Shown: in pieces, positions 1 through 13,443 of the stretch
Position numbering within the stretch: position 1 is the stretch's first letter
Layout: each line of letters begins with the position of its first letter
Source of the DNA: Macrostomum lignano
Taxonomy: Eukaryota
Assembly (NCBI GenBank): GCA_002269645.1
Contig: NIVC01002706.1
Span: forward strand, 62,001-126,000
DNA length: 64,000 nucleotides
Direction: 5' to 3'
Program-made: the position numbers and the translations under genes
The notes under the pieces: generated by a model
What the model was told of the DNA's origin: nothing
The model's database searches: none
What the model saw: the letters and a program-made list of their open reading frames with translations, nothing else

Positions 1-256
1 TCAAACAATAAAGCACACATAGTTTCCTTAATATTTTTAAGGCTTCCATTTAATACACAGTCGTACGTGTCTAATTCCTGATTTGATATGATACATGTGA
101 GTGTAGAATGTTATTAATGCATAGAAATTTGATCAGCTGGTTATATAGATATCTATTTGTATTTTATTGTCAAAGTAAACAAGTAAACATCAAAGCGCGC
201 CGCCCGGCTGATAATTTGCAGTTTAACTAACAAATAAACAAAACCAAAGCACCGCC

Positions 257-640
257 ATGCTTACTCGAAGCCTTTCATCTCGCCGACAATCGGCGGCCTC
301 TGCCAGCGGTCTGTTCCGCTGCTGCCGGCGCTGGTTGAACCTGCAAGAATATCAGAGCAAGAAGCTGATGCAAGATTACGGAGTGAATGTGCAAAGCTTT
401 GTAGTTGCCGACAATGCACAGTCGGCTAGCAAATTGGCCGACTCGTTCAAACCGGCCGAGTACGTTATTAAAGCTCAGATATTGGCCGGCGGCCGGGGCA
501 AAGGCGTCTTTGACACCGGATTCAAAGGCGGCGTCCATCTCACTAAGGAGCCAGCTAAGGTGGCTGGCCTGGTTCAGAGCATGCTTGGGCACAAGCTGGT
601 TACTAAGCAGACTGGAAAGGAAGGCGTCATGGTGTCCAAG
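257..640 (+). CDS. SUCLG2: SUCLG2 exon 1
   Basis: MLTRSL...EGVMVSK, then donor AAG|gtaacc at 641. Confidence 0.95.
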
Positions 641-3600
641 GTAACCGCTCAGTTATTTGTCGTACTAAGGTTTACGTCTAACTCTTATTCCTCGACCCTT
701 CGGTTTTAAGGCTTGAAAGCACTTTTCCTTCTTTAATGTCCGATGTCAATCCGCCCTTTCCCTCCTCTGACGCCTAATGTCAATCCGCCCTTTCCCTCCT
801 TTGATGCCTGATGTCAATCCGCCCTTTCCCTCCTCTGACGCCTAATGTCAATCCGCCCTTTCCCTCCTTTGATGCCTGATGTCAATCTGCCCTTTCCCTC
901 CTTTGACGCCTAATGTCAATCCGCCCTTTCCCTCCTCTGATGCCTGATGTCAATCCGCCCTTTCCCTCCTTTGATGCCTGATGTCAATCCGCCCTTTCCC
1001 TCCTTTGACGCCTGATGTCAGTCCGCCCTTTCCCTCCTTTGATGCCTGATGTCAATCCGCCCTTTCCCTCCTTTGACGCCTAATGTCAATCCGCCCTTTC
1101 CCTCCTTTGATGCCTGATGTCAATCTGCCCTTTCCCTCCTTTGACGCCTAATGTCAATCCGCCCTTTCCCTCCTCTGATGCCTGATGTCAATCCGCCCTT
1201 TCCCTCCTTTGATGCCTGATGTCAATCCGCCCTTTCCCTCCTTTGACGCCTGATGTCAATCCGCCCTTTCCCTCCTCTGATGCCTGATGTCAATCTGCCC
1301 TTTCCCTCTTTTGATGCCTGATGTCAATCCGCCCTTTCCCTCCTTTGATGCCTGATGTCAATCTGCCCTTTCCCTCCTTTGACGCCTAATGTCAATCCGC
1401 CCTTTCCCTCCTTTGATGCCTGATGTCAATCCGCCCTTTCCCTCCTTTGACGCCTGATGTCAATCTGCCCTTTCCCTCCTTTGATGCCTGATGTCAATCT
1501 GCTCTTTCCCTCCTTTGATGCCTGATGTCAATCCGCCCTTTCCTCCTTTGATGCCTGATGTCAATCCGCCCTTTCCCTCCTTTGATGCCTGATGTCAATC
1601 CGCCCTTTCCTCCTTTGATGCCTGATGTCAATCCGCCCTTTCCCTCCTTTGATGCCTGATGTCAATCTGCCCTTTCCCTCCTTTGACGCCTAATGTCAAT
1701 CCGCCCTTTCCCTCCTTTGATGCCTGATGTCAATCCGCCCTTTCCCTCCTTTGACGCCTGATGTCAATCTGCCCTTTCCCTCCTTTGATGCCTGATGTCA
1801 ATCTGCTCTTTCCCTCCTTTGACGCCTGATGTCAATCCGCCCTTTCCTCCTTTGATGCCTGATGTCAATCCGCCCTTTCCCTCCTTTGATGCCTGATGTC
1901 AATCTGCCCTTTCCCTCCTTTGACGCCTAATGTCAATCCGCCCTTTCCCTCCTTTGATGCCTGATGTCAATCCGCCCTTTCCCTCCTTTGATGCCTGATG
2001 TCAATCCGCCCTTTCCTCCTTTGATGCCTGATGTCAATCCGCCCTTTCCCTCCTTTGATGCCTGATGTCAATCCGCCCTTTCCTCCTTTGATGCCTGATG
2101 TCAATCTGCCCTTTCCCTCCTTTGATGCCTGATGTCAATCTGCCCTTTCCCTCCTTTGACGCCTGATGTCAATCCGTTCTTTCCTCCTCTAATGCGAGAG
2201 TTTTTACTATGTTTCACTTAGTTGATGGACGGAAATTAGTCTCCTGACACTTTAAGATAAAACTGAGATTATTGACTGTTTACCTAACGGTTAATTTTGG
2301 TCAGAGCTAATGATTGCCACCGCAATCACCAGGTGATGGTAGCCGAAGCGCTGGACATCAGCCGGGAGACCTACCTGGCCATCCTCATGGACCGCGAGTC
2401 CGGCGGCCCAGTAGTTGTCGGCAGTCCCCAGGGCGGCATGGACATCGAAGAGGTGGCCGCGAAAAGTCCGGACGCCATTTTCAAAGAGGTTGTGGACATC
2501 AACAAGGGCCTGACTAGGGAGCAGGCTGATCGCATGGCCGACTGTCTGGGATTCTCTGGGCCGCGTCGCGCGGAAGCCGCCGAACAGATTCTGAAACTCT
2601 ACAGCCTGTTTCAGGCCGTCGACTGTACGCAGGTGCGTTTAAATGCGTTTGTTTTGCACTTTTAAGCCTCTCAATGTGTGTCGCTCACGGCGGTTGCCTT
2701 GAAGGGTGACTCGATCAAATTCAATAGCGTAATATCCAGGGCAAAACCTGACAAATCGATAAATTATACGAATACAATTAAAATACTTGCCATAGTTATG
2801 CTAAGCTGTTATTTGATGCTCTACTAATAGTTTAAATATTAGGAAAATGCCCTAATAAAAAGATCAATGAAAATGTGTTCAATACAGGTACTGTGCTTAC
2901 TTAACTAATCATTTTTGGGCACTATGTACACAACCAACTATTTTCTTGAGTTAACAAGACCTCTAGTTCGAGCTTTTAAAATACAAAATGTGTCTTAAAA
3001 ATAAGATTCGAACTGGCCATGCATAGTCCAGGACATGATTTTGAGTTCTCCTCCTGGTGCTGACACTGGGATTTTCCTTACGACGACACTGGGATTCCCC
3101 TGGTGCTGACACTGGGATTCCCCTGTTGCTGACACTGGGATTTCCCTAGGTGCTGACACCGGAAATTTCCGTTGCTGACATGGATTTTCCTTGGTGGGTG
3201 CTTGCACTGGGATTTCCCCAGGAGCTGACACAGATTTCTCCTGGTGCTGACACACGGATTCCCCTGGTGCTGACACACGGATTCCCCTGGTGCTGACACA
3301 CGGATTCCCCTGGTGCTGACACTGGGATTTCCTTACACCGACACTGAAATTTTCCTGGTGCTGACACTGGGATTTCCCTTACGCCAAAACTGGGATTCTC
3401 CTGGTGCTGATACTGGGATTCCCCTGTTGCTGACACTGGGATTTCCCTAGGTGCTGCCACCGGAAATTTCCGTTGCTGACATGGATTTTCCTTGGTGCTT
3501 GCACTGGGATTTCCCCAGGAGCTGACACTGAGATTTCTCCTGGTGCTGACACACGGATTCCCCTGGTTCTGACGCTAGGAATTCCCTGGTGCTGACACTG

Positions 3601-5001
3601 AGACTCCCCCTGGTGCTGACTTGGGGTCCCTATGGTGCTGACACAGCGATTTCCCTGATACTTGTTCCTCTATTCTGACATTTTCTGACCCTTCCACTCC
3701 GACACTCCCGCCGCCAGGTGGAGATTAACCCGTTCGGCGAGACGCCAGACGGTCGCGTTGTCTGCTTCGACGCCAAGCTGAACTTCGACGACAACGCCAG
3801 CTTCCGTCAGAAGTCGATCTTCGAGCTGGACGATCACGCCGAGTCCGACCCGCGCGAGGTGGACGCCAGCCAGCACAATTTGAACTACATCGGCATGGAC
3901 GGCAACATTGGCTGCCTCGTGAACGGCGCTGGCCTGGCCATGGCCACTATGGACATTGTGCAGCTGTGCGGCGGCCGACCAGCCAACTTTCTTGACGTTG
4001 GCGGCGGAGTCACTGAGAAGCAGGTTTACCACGCGTTCCGCATCCTCACGTCTGACCAGCAGGTGAACCATTGAGACATTCTTGTTTTGGGTTTATCTCT
4101 ACCGTTGTGTCAGGGTACCTGTAGTTAAGTACACAGGTGTCTCAGTGTAGGCTGCTGTGTACCTGTAGCTGTACACAGGTGTCTCAGTGTAGGCTGCTGT
4201 GTACCTGTAGCTGTGCACAGGTGTCTCAGGCTGCTGTGTACCTGTAGCTGTGCACAGGTGTCTCAGTGTAGGCTGCTGTGTACCTGTAGCTGTGCACAGG
4301 TGCATCTCAGGCTGCTGTGTACCTGTAGCTGTGCACAGGTGTCTCAGGCTGCTGTGTACCTGTAGCTGTGCACAGGTTTCTCAGGCTGCTGTGTACCTGT
4401 AGCTGTGCACAGGTGTCTCAGGCTGCTGTGTACCTGTAGCTGTGCACAGGTTTCTCAGGCTGCTGTGTACCTGTAGCTGTGCACAGGTGTCTCAGGCTGC
4501 TGTGTACCTGTAGCTGTGCACAGGTGTCTCAATGTAGGCTGCTGTGTACCTGTAGCTGTGCACAGGTGTCTCAGTGTAGGCTGCTGTGTACCTGTAGCTG
4601 TGCACAGGTGTCTCAGTGTAGGCTGCTGTGTACCTGTACCTGTGCACAGGTCTCTCAGTGTAGGCTGCTGTGTACCTGTGGTCCTGTAGGCTGTAGCTGT
4701 GCACAGGTGTCTGTCTCCCTATACCCTGACGGTTAGTCTTCATAAGTCTAAGCAACCCACCGTCCCGCAGGTGCGCTGCATCCTGGTGAACATATTCGGC
4801 GGCATCGTGAACTGCGCCACCATCGCCAAGGGCATCACCGAGGCGGCCAAGAAGATCAGCCTTCGCGTGCCGCTGGTTGTCCGCCTTGAAGGCACCAACG
4901 TTGAAGAGGCCAAGCGGCTGCTGGCGGACTCCGGACTGCCAATATTAAGCGCCGATAACCTTGAGGACGCGGCTAAGAAGGCCGTGTCGGCTCTCAGCTA
5001 G
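257..5001 (+). CDS. SUCLG2: Succinyl-CoA ligase [GDP-forming] beta subunit, mitochondrial; join(257..640,2333..2632,3718..4062,4771..5001), 419 aa
   Basis: Kozak-like accgccATG at 257. Arg-rich, acid-free transit peptide ending RRW|[12 protein letters not shown] (the G-SCS beta N-terminus; A-SCS beta has LSLHEY). Motifs [69 protein letters not shown]. Three GT-AG phase-0 introns; exon lengths 384+300+345+231 give a continuous frame to TAG at 4999-5001. Confidence 0.96.
741..2190. repeat. 34-bp minisatellite filling SUCLG2 intron 1
   Basis: (tgatgcctgatgtcaatccgccctttccctcctt)n, about 42 copies. Confidence 0.95.
2333..2632 (+). CDS. SUCLG2: SUCLG2 exon 2
   Basis: Acceptor caccag|GTG, branch-like gctaat near 2306; VMVAEALD...VDCTQ; donor CAG|gtgcgt. 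Confidence 0.95.
3040..3660. repeat. Degenerate ~22-23-bp minisatellite in SUCLG2 intron 2, with a ~300-bp higher-order duplication
   Basis: cctggtgctgacactgggattcc units; the block at ~3121-3230 recurs at ~3421-3530. Confidence 0.9.
3718..4062 (+). CDS. SUCLG2: SUCLG2 exon 3
   Basis: Acceptor ccgccag|GTG; VEINPFGET...ILTSDQQ; donor CAG|gtgaac. Confidence 0.95.
4105..4715. repeat. 37/42-bp minisatellite in SUCLG2 intron 3
   Basis: ctgtagctgtgcacaggtgtctca(gtgta)ggctgctgtgtac units. Confidence 0.93.
4771..5001 (+). CDS. SUCLG2: SUCLG2 exon 4 (terminal)
   Basis: Acceptor tcccgcag|GTG; [11 protein letters not shown]...[10 protein letters not shown]. Confidence 0.95.
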   Translation: MRCILVNIFGGIVNCATIAKGITEAAKKISLRVPLVVRLEGTNVEEAKRLLADSGLPILSADNLEDAAKKAVSALS

Positions 5002-5472
5002 GGAATTAGGCTAAGCCACAGTCTGTCTGGCTGGTGTCACCTATTGGACCTAATGATATATGGTTGATGCTCTGAATTTAAAAGCTGGTCCATATTGAGT
5101 AGATAATATTGTTCTGTTTCTCTGCCATCAGTTGTTCGTCTGCGAATTCGCTCCATCCACGCTTTGCCTTCCGTGTTCTAGTTAAAATAGCAATGATGAA
5201 TTCGATCTGGTACGCAGACAGGTAGTGAATAAGCCTTGAAATATGGCACTATTATATTATGCAAAGATTTATAGTTTTTAAAAAATAGCTTTACCAGTTC
5301 AGAGGATTAAGGCGCCGTCTAAAAATTACAAAATATTTATATTCAAAGCTTTGGAATTTCTTATATTACTTGTTAAGTACTCGAAGAGTAGCATATTAGG
5401 GCCATGAATTCGTTTTTTTTCAATATCGATCTAGCAGTTAACTAAGATTCCCCATTGCAAAATATTTCAGTA

Positions 5473-5478
5473 AATAAA
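5473..5478 (+). terminator. Candidate polyadenylation signal of SUCLG2
   Basis: AATAAA about 470 nt after the stop, followed by T-rich sequence. Confidence 0.45.
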
Positions 5479-5694
5479 AAACGTACAGAATCGTATAAAA
5501 GAACATTTAAAACGACTTTCTTATTACAAATCATTTTTGATAGTCTTTTATGTTGCTTTTTTCTTGCATCACTTTCGAATAGTAAACTTTACGCTTAAAC
5601 TGTTGGATTTTTCGCATCTTGCTACTTTTAGGAGTAGTAAGGCTGGCATTTTTTATTCGAAATAACTCGTGTGTAATAAACCAAACCTTGCCGG

Positions 5695-7110
5695 CGATCT
5701 CAGATCCTCAGTTGCTGTGCCGTCAGGCCCCTCCCAGATCCTCAGTTACTGTGCCGTCCCCCCCCCCCCAGATCCTCAGTTGCTGTGCCGTCACCCCCAG
5801 ATCCTCAGTTGCTATGCCGTCACCCCCAGATCCTCAGTTGCTATGCCGTCACCCCCAAATGCTCAGTTGCTATGCGGCTATGCCGTCACCCCCAGATCCT
5901 CAGTTGCTATGCCGTCACCCCCGATCCTCAGTTGTTATGCCGTCACTCCCAGATCCTCAGTTGCTATGCTGTCACCCCCAGATCCTCAGTTGCTATGCCG
6001 TCACCCCCGATCCTCCTTGCTATGCCGTCACCCCCAGATCCTCAGTTGCTATGCCGTCACCCCCAAATGCTCAGTTGCTATGCGGCTATGCCGTCACCCC
6101 CAGATCCTCAGTTGCTATGCCGTCACCCCCGATCCTCAGTTGTTATGCCGTCACTCCCAGATCCTCAGTTGCTATGCTGTCACCCCCGATCCTCCTTGCC
6201 ATGCCGTCACCCCCAGATCCTCAGTTGCTATGCCGTCACCCCCGATCCTCAGTTGTTATGCCGTCACTCCCAGATCCTCAGTTGCTATGCTGTCACCCCC
6301 GATCCTCCTTGCTATGCCGTCACCCCCAGATCCTCAGTTGCTATGCTGTCACCCCCGATCCTCCTTGCTATGCCGTCACCCCCAGATCCTCAGTTGCTAT
6401 GCCGTCACCCCCAAATGCTCAGTTGCTATGCGGCTATGCCGTCACCCCCGATCCTCCTTGCTATGCTGTCACCCCCCGATCCTCAGTTGCTATGCCGTCA
6501 CCCCCAAATGCTCAGTTGCTATGCCGTCACCCCCAGATCCTCAGTTGCTATGCCGTCACCCCCGATCCTCCTTGCTATGCCGTCACCCCCAGATCCTCAG
6601 TTGCTATGCCGTCACCCCCAAATGCTCAGTTGCTATGCCGTCACCCCCAAATGCTCAGTTGCTATGCGGCTATGCCGTCACCCCCAGATCCTCAGTTGCT
6701 ATGCCGTCACCCCCAGATCCTCAGTTGCTATGCCGTCACCCCCGATCCTCCTTGCTATGCCGTCACCCCCAGATCCTCAGTTGCTATGCCGTCACCCCCA
6801 AATGCTCAGTTGCTATGCGGCTATGCCGTCACCCCCAGATCCTCAGTTGCTATGCCGTCACCCCCGATCCTCAGTTGTTATGCCGTCACCCCCAGATTCT
6901 CAGTTGCTATGCTGTCACCCCCCGATCCTCAGTTGCTGTGCCGTCACCCCCAGATCCTCAGTTGCTATGCCGTCACCCCCAGATCCTCAGTTGCTATGCC
7001 GTCACCCCCAGATCCTCAGTTGCTATGCCGTCACCCCCAGATCCTCAGTTGCTATGCCATGACCCCCAGATCCTCAGTTGCTATGCCGTCACCCCCAGAT
7101 CCTCAGTTGC
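5695..7110. repeat. 28/29-bp minisatellite
   Basis: (gatcctcagttgctatgccgtcaccccca)n. Confidence 0.95.
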
Positions 7111-7639
7111 TTAGCTTTGGCTTCGAATACTCGTGTTGACTTCGAATGTCACAGCAGGTTGCAGTCGAATAGATTGTGCATTTTTCAATCCAGGATGCTG
7201 ACTAGAATTTGACCGACTACTAACCTTAAAAAGTAGTCTTGCTGCCTGCCGCCCAAACTAACTGCGCGTAGCCTGGCTTTCACTGGCTTTTTCTTGAATT
7301 TACCAGCGCGGATCACGCACGATTTCACCTGGTGTTCGGCAACGGTGAAATCTAAGAGCAAGGCGTCTCTGCAGCCTTGCAGGGAAATTAATTTAGTACT
7401 GCACTCGGTGCTTCAGGCCGGATCGTGACGAAGTCTCTTCCTGCCTTAAAGTCGCAGTTTCCTGAGCACCTGACTTGAGCTCTCTTAATATGCTATACGA
7501 ATCTGAAAGCGTGCTTCGATCTGAGTAATGAACTTTAAGATCTGGGAAGGGTGGTCTCTCAAGATCTTTACGATTGTCTTGAAATCTAGGATCTATTTTG
7601 GTATCGGTGAGAATATCCTAGGGTCTGTGAGATGACCTT

Positions 7640-8190
7640 ATGATCTGAAATATTGCCTTGGGATCTGAGAGATGGTCATGGGATCTGAGAGATTGTCATG
7701 GGATCTGAGAAATGGACTTGGGATCTGAGAGATGATCATCGGATCTGAGAGATTGTCATGAGATCTGAGAAATAGACTTGTAATCTAAGAAATGGTCATC
7801 GGATCTGAGAGATGAACTTGGGATCTGAGAGTCTTGGGATCTGAGAGTCTTGGGATCTGAGAGTCTTGGGATCTGAGAGATGATCATCGGATCTGAGAGA
7901 TGGTCATAGGATCTGAGAGATGGTCTTGGGATCTGAGAGATGGTCTTGGGATCTGAGAGATTATCATCGGATCTGAGAAATGGTCTTGGGATCTGAGTGA
8001 TGGACTTGGGATCTGAGAGATGGTCGTGGGATCTGAGAGATTGTCTTGGGATCTGAGAGATGGACTTGGGATCTGAGAGATGGTGATCGGATCTGAGAGA
8101 TGGTCTTGGGATCTGAGAGATGGACTTGGGATCTGAGAGATGGGCTTGGGATCTGAGTGATGGACTTGGGATCTGAGAGATAGTCATGGA
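7640..8190. repeat. 20-bp minisatellite
   Basis: (ggatctgagagatggtcttg)n, degenerate at the edges. Confidence 0.92.
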
Positions 8191-11144
8191 ATCCGAGCTT
8201 CTTACATGTAGATTTTTGGGTAGCCCAACCGTGTGCTGTGGGACGATGTCACACAATGGTGCTACTCAACTGCTTTTCCTACAGCTCCCTTAAGCATCCA
8301 ATTAAGCCAGGCGTCTCGAGTACGAGAAAGTTGGAAGGGATATTTTTCCATCCCTGGACGACGGGATCCGCGAGCGGCCAAAATTGCCGCCAATCATTCT
8401 CTGCAGTGTTTTGCCTTCCTCACCTCGGCGTGGAGGTTGCAGCGCTTAACTTTATAATATAATATGTATTATTGATCCCATCGAAACACGCTCCGACTCT
8501 GGCAAATCAATAAATTATTCAACACTCGGTTTGCTCGGCCCGCGCTGCCTTGCTTTGCTGTTTTAATCGGGAAAGCCCGCCAACTTTTTCTCGCCCTTAC
8601 TCCGGCTTCCTCGCAGATTCCTTTAAGCCTTCGAGTTGTTTTCGAAGGTGGCTGTCGTCTGCTGACTGTAGTGTAGAGAGGCACTCAAATCCCAGCTGTA
8701 CGCAGTTTGGGATAATGTAAAGCTGCATGCTTTTTTCCCCATTCAAATCGAATACTTGCCATCCCGCCCCTCCGCGTTTGAGTCAGCAGTGCTCTCTGAT
8801 CTCTAATGTTTGTGCCATAGGCTTGTCTTCGCATTCATTTTCTCACCAAGGCGACAGAATTAGCTCTACCACTCGAGTCCCTTGATCCGATCCTCTACTG
8901 AGTCTACTCAGTCCCGCCCTAGCCTGGGACCGCAGCATCTGCCGCCGCGTCATCCTGTGCTGTCTGCATTTTCTCTCTGTGTGTGTGTTGTAGTCCGTAT
9001 GTATCGAGTGCCTGAGCTTCATACAGTAAATGGGTCTGTTGGCCGAGCTCTGGTCAATACTCTCTGCCTAGCCAGCACCTCTCGGCTGCCAAGCGGAACG
9101 GAACCTGGGGGGGGGGGGATTTCCACTATGACGTCGTATTTATTCGTATTCAAGATGTAGCCTAGAGAAAGAAGCTGCATTCTAATTGGCAAGCATGCCA
9201 GCATGGGGAAAATGATTCTTTGACCGAAATCGAGGACACAATGGAAGAGAATGATGGCGAGCCGTCAACGCCTGTGACTCTGGCGCCACTGTCAAGTCAT
9301 CACCTTCAGTCTTTTTATTACAGTGGCCGTCTGTCAAAGGGACTGCATACGCGTAACAATTTTCATTCTTTTTTTCAAACCTTGTCAGAGATATGTCCCA
9401 ATGCCCCCATGTTTAATAGCTCAGTTTTAAACGAATTGGTGCTTATAGATAAATGAATTCAGCAGCGGCGCTTCTGATTGGCCGGCAGCAAAGCGAACCT
9501 GTCAGCCAATAGGAGACGGCTGAGCAGGTCATCGCTTTATTAGAATCCTTTAACTGCTCCCCCGGGGTCGCTGAACGTGGAACTTTGCCTGCAGGGCAGA
9601 AATTAGCAATAAAACAGTTGGTCTGTCAGTTGGCAAACTCAAGGACGGCAATCGAGCGAAACTTCATCATCCAGCCAGCAGCAGCACTCACAAAACCGAA
9701 CAAATCGAATTGCGCTAACTTCATTACACAGAAATTGTCAATAATCGTCTATCTGAAGCAATGTCTTCACTTCAACAGGTAACTGAATTGCGTGAACAGT
9801 TTCAATCACCGATTATTTATTGTTATGCACTTAACTAGAGGAAATGGAATGTTATGAATAAATGTATTGAATATTGTATTCTAGGTCGCTGATTCCAGGA
9901 TAAACGGCAAATTTGCGTTTTGTTTCTGGCCCAACCTGTCTTGTTCTGTAGGCTCTCAGATTTGGATATCCGTTAACTGACTTAGCACATACAGGGGATA
10001 TAGTATACTTAATTACTATTGCTCGAGTCTATGGCAGAAACCTCGCCGAAAAAAGTTCACCCATATAAACGGCCTTCGATAGGATATATATTTTTGTTTA
10101 AAAGTCAAAACCTCCAGGCAACCTTTTCGGGAGAGAGGAGATTAGAGAGAGTAGAGCTGAGCAGAGACACAAACCTTGAGCAGGCCGGATTGCCATGGAG
10201 AAGTTTCAAAGGACCCGAGGGCCGGATAGAGGCTTCGCGGGCCGGAGTTGGCCAACCCCTGCTTTATATGTTTCATTATTGATCCGATAACCAAAGAGTA
10301 CCATGCAATTCAGTTCCAGTTGCAGACTTTTGTCTATGGTCGAACAGTAGGAATCCGAGGATTTGGGATTTTGGTTTCAGCTTTAGCTATCTTATTATTA
10401 TATTGGCTCCTTATGTTAGCTCGGCTACTCTTTGTTCGATAACTTTGACCTCTGTGTACCACTGCAGTTGTGAACCAGTTTTTTTTATAGAGCCGACCCT
10501 GGGTCAGCTGGGGCCATATATCTGTTTCTCAAGAGCACACGTACTGCAGCATTCTCTATATATCCTTGTTTTCTTCCTAATCCACCCACTGCCGCTTGGG
10601 TTGGGCAGCCGCCATTTTCTCCCAGCTGCGAAGTGAAGGGGATCAAGTGAAGGGGCGAGGACTGCAGTAGGTGCGGGATCAGCCTTAGGGATTCGTATCC
10701 GGGCTGCCAGGCTGGCCGAGGAGAAGGGATGAAGATTTAATTCGCCCGGCCGCCTGGAACCTGGCCGCCCCCCCCCCCCCCCAGCCTGGCCACTTATTAT
10801 TTCCCTGGCAATTACGAGCGATGGATCTTTTCCAATCTGAGCGGGGCATGCGAGGGGGGGTTGGTGGGATTTTTTAATCTGCCCCCCCCCCAATGCTGCA
10901 CCGCAGCAGCACAAACATCCTGCAGCAGCGGCCATGGTGTAGTAGGCGGGAGGCGTGCTTGCCCACCCCCCTCCCGAATTCCAGCGATCCGGCCAGTTTT
11001 GCTGTTTTTGCCAATTGCATGCAGTCTCTGGCATGACCACCACGGAATCCTGCCGGCCGCTTCACTATAAGCCTATATCCATCCGCCTTGTCTCCCCCGC
11101 ACTTGATATCCGCTCAACATCTGACCGCTGGCTCCTGGCCTGCT

Positions 11145-11530
11145 TTCTCTCTCTCTCTTATCTTCTCTACTTTTTTAATCCAATTTCAAGTCTAAAAAGC
11201 CCTCCTGTCTGCCTGCCTACCTGCCGCCTGCCTGCCTGCCTCTCTCTCCTCTCTCCTGTCTTCTCTTTCCCTCTCCTCTCTCTCCTCCTTTTTCCTCCCA
11301 TCTCTCGTCTCTCCTATCTCCTCTCTTTCCTCTCTCCCCCCTCTCCCTTCTCTCCTCTCTCCTCTCTCCTCTCTCCTCTCTCCTCTCTCCTCTCTCCTCT
11401 CTTCTTTCCCCTCCCCCCTCTCCCCTCTGTCCCTCTGTCCTTTCCCCTCACTCCCCCTCTTTCCTCTCATCTCACTTCTTTCCCCTCCTGTCTCTCCTTT
11501 CTTCTCCCCCTCTCCTCTATCTCCTCTCCG
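11145..11530. repeat. CT-rich low-complexity tract
   Basis: ctctcct-type polypyrimidine run. Confidence 0.85.
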
Positions 11531-12902
11531 CTGCAAGTGACAGCAGCAAGCTCCCAGTATGCCAAAGGGACAAGTCTAAGTGCCCTAACTAAACTGAAAA
11601 ATCGAAAAAGAGTCAGAGTTTGCAGCGATTTTCAATGTAATGTGTAAAATTATTTTCGATACATATCAGAGATAGATAAAAACGTAATTTTATGAGATAA
11701 ACAGATCAAGCACCCGCTGTACTCCAATATCTGTCAATGTAGTTCCCATCCTAGTCACAGCTGTATAATCTAATAAATTAGCAATCTGACAAGGCCCAGA
11801 CAGCTAATTTCTTATGCTGCTACCTGAGCTTGTACACGCCAAAGGCACAAATCTGTCCTGTACAGTGAAATCATTGTATTCAGACTTCACGTCCCGTCTG
11901 TTTGTGGCTTGGCCCAACTCGATACTTATAAGCCCAGCCTGCCTGGCTATGGACGTATGCAAGAAATCTCTGGCAAGGATATTGTAGCGCAGAAATCCTG
12001 CAGATATTTTCTTCAGATGAAAACACAGGGGGGGGCGGTTGGCAACCAGACAGACAGACAGACAGCAGGCCGGGGGTAAGGCTGGTGCACTGCGCTCAGC
12101 TCCCTGCACCCCCAAAGTCCCATTGGAGCTGGTAATGAAGTGGAGGGCTCCCCTGAGCTGGCCCCAGTTTAGCTTCAGCCTTGAGCACTATATAGCCTGG
12201 GCTGGGGATAGCAGAGGATCCGGGGGGGGGGGGACTTAGACGGACCGCGGGAGTGCGGCCAACTTCATTAACATGTCATAATCGGGTCCGGTGCCGCCAT
12301 AAATCGTTGAGGGGATTTTTTGGGGGTTCTCCTGCTCCCCTCTCCCAAGCCGCCACTGAGCGAGCAGCCTCAAAACTTTCCCCTCCCCCAAACATGCTTC
12401 TGGTCTCATCCTCCGCCTCAAGTCCTTTTCTCCCCTTCTTCATCTCTCGTTTTCTTCCCTCCCCCCATCGTCTTCCATATTGACCCAGAGTTGACTCTCG
12501 CTATGCACACATCATGAAGGGGCAGCAGCCGCGCCCGCTCGCTTCAACTCGATCAGGGTTGCCGGCCATGAAAACACGACAGGAGTGATGGAGGATGAAA
12601 GGCTTCCGCCCAAACCCACGTCCGTCCCAGCATCCACTTTGAGCGAAGTTCTTCGAGCGAAATTGATTTGTCGCTTTACTACACTTTTACATGTTCGAGT
12701 GCGGCTTTCTTTGCATTTAATAGAATTAAAATAACACGATTTGGAAGCCACGTTAATAATGCAGCTGAGCTTTTTCCAGCTTCGACTCATAAGTCTTCAT
12801 CATGCAATCTGCTTCTTCGGGCAATCAAAAACAGCTGGCTGAAATTTGTTTCTCCAACAGAATTTGAAATCTTTTAAGGTGTCAATGTCAATGTTCCGAG
12901 CG

Positions 12903-13443
<541 letters not shown>

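Noticed and set aside
257-5001. Alternative call as ADP-forming SUCLA2 or bacterial sucC
   Set aside because: [13 protein letters not shown] and [14 protein letters not shown] are G-SCS beta signatures, and the gene has spliceosomal introns and a transit peptide.
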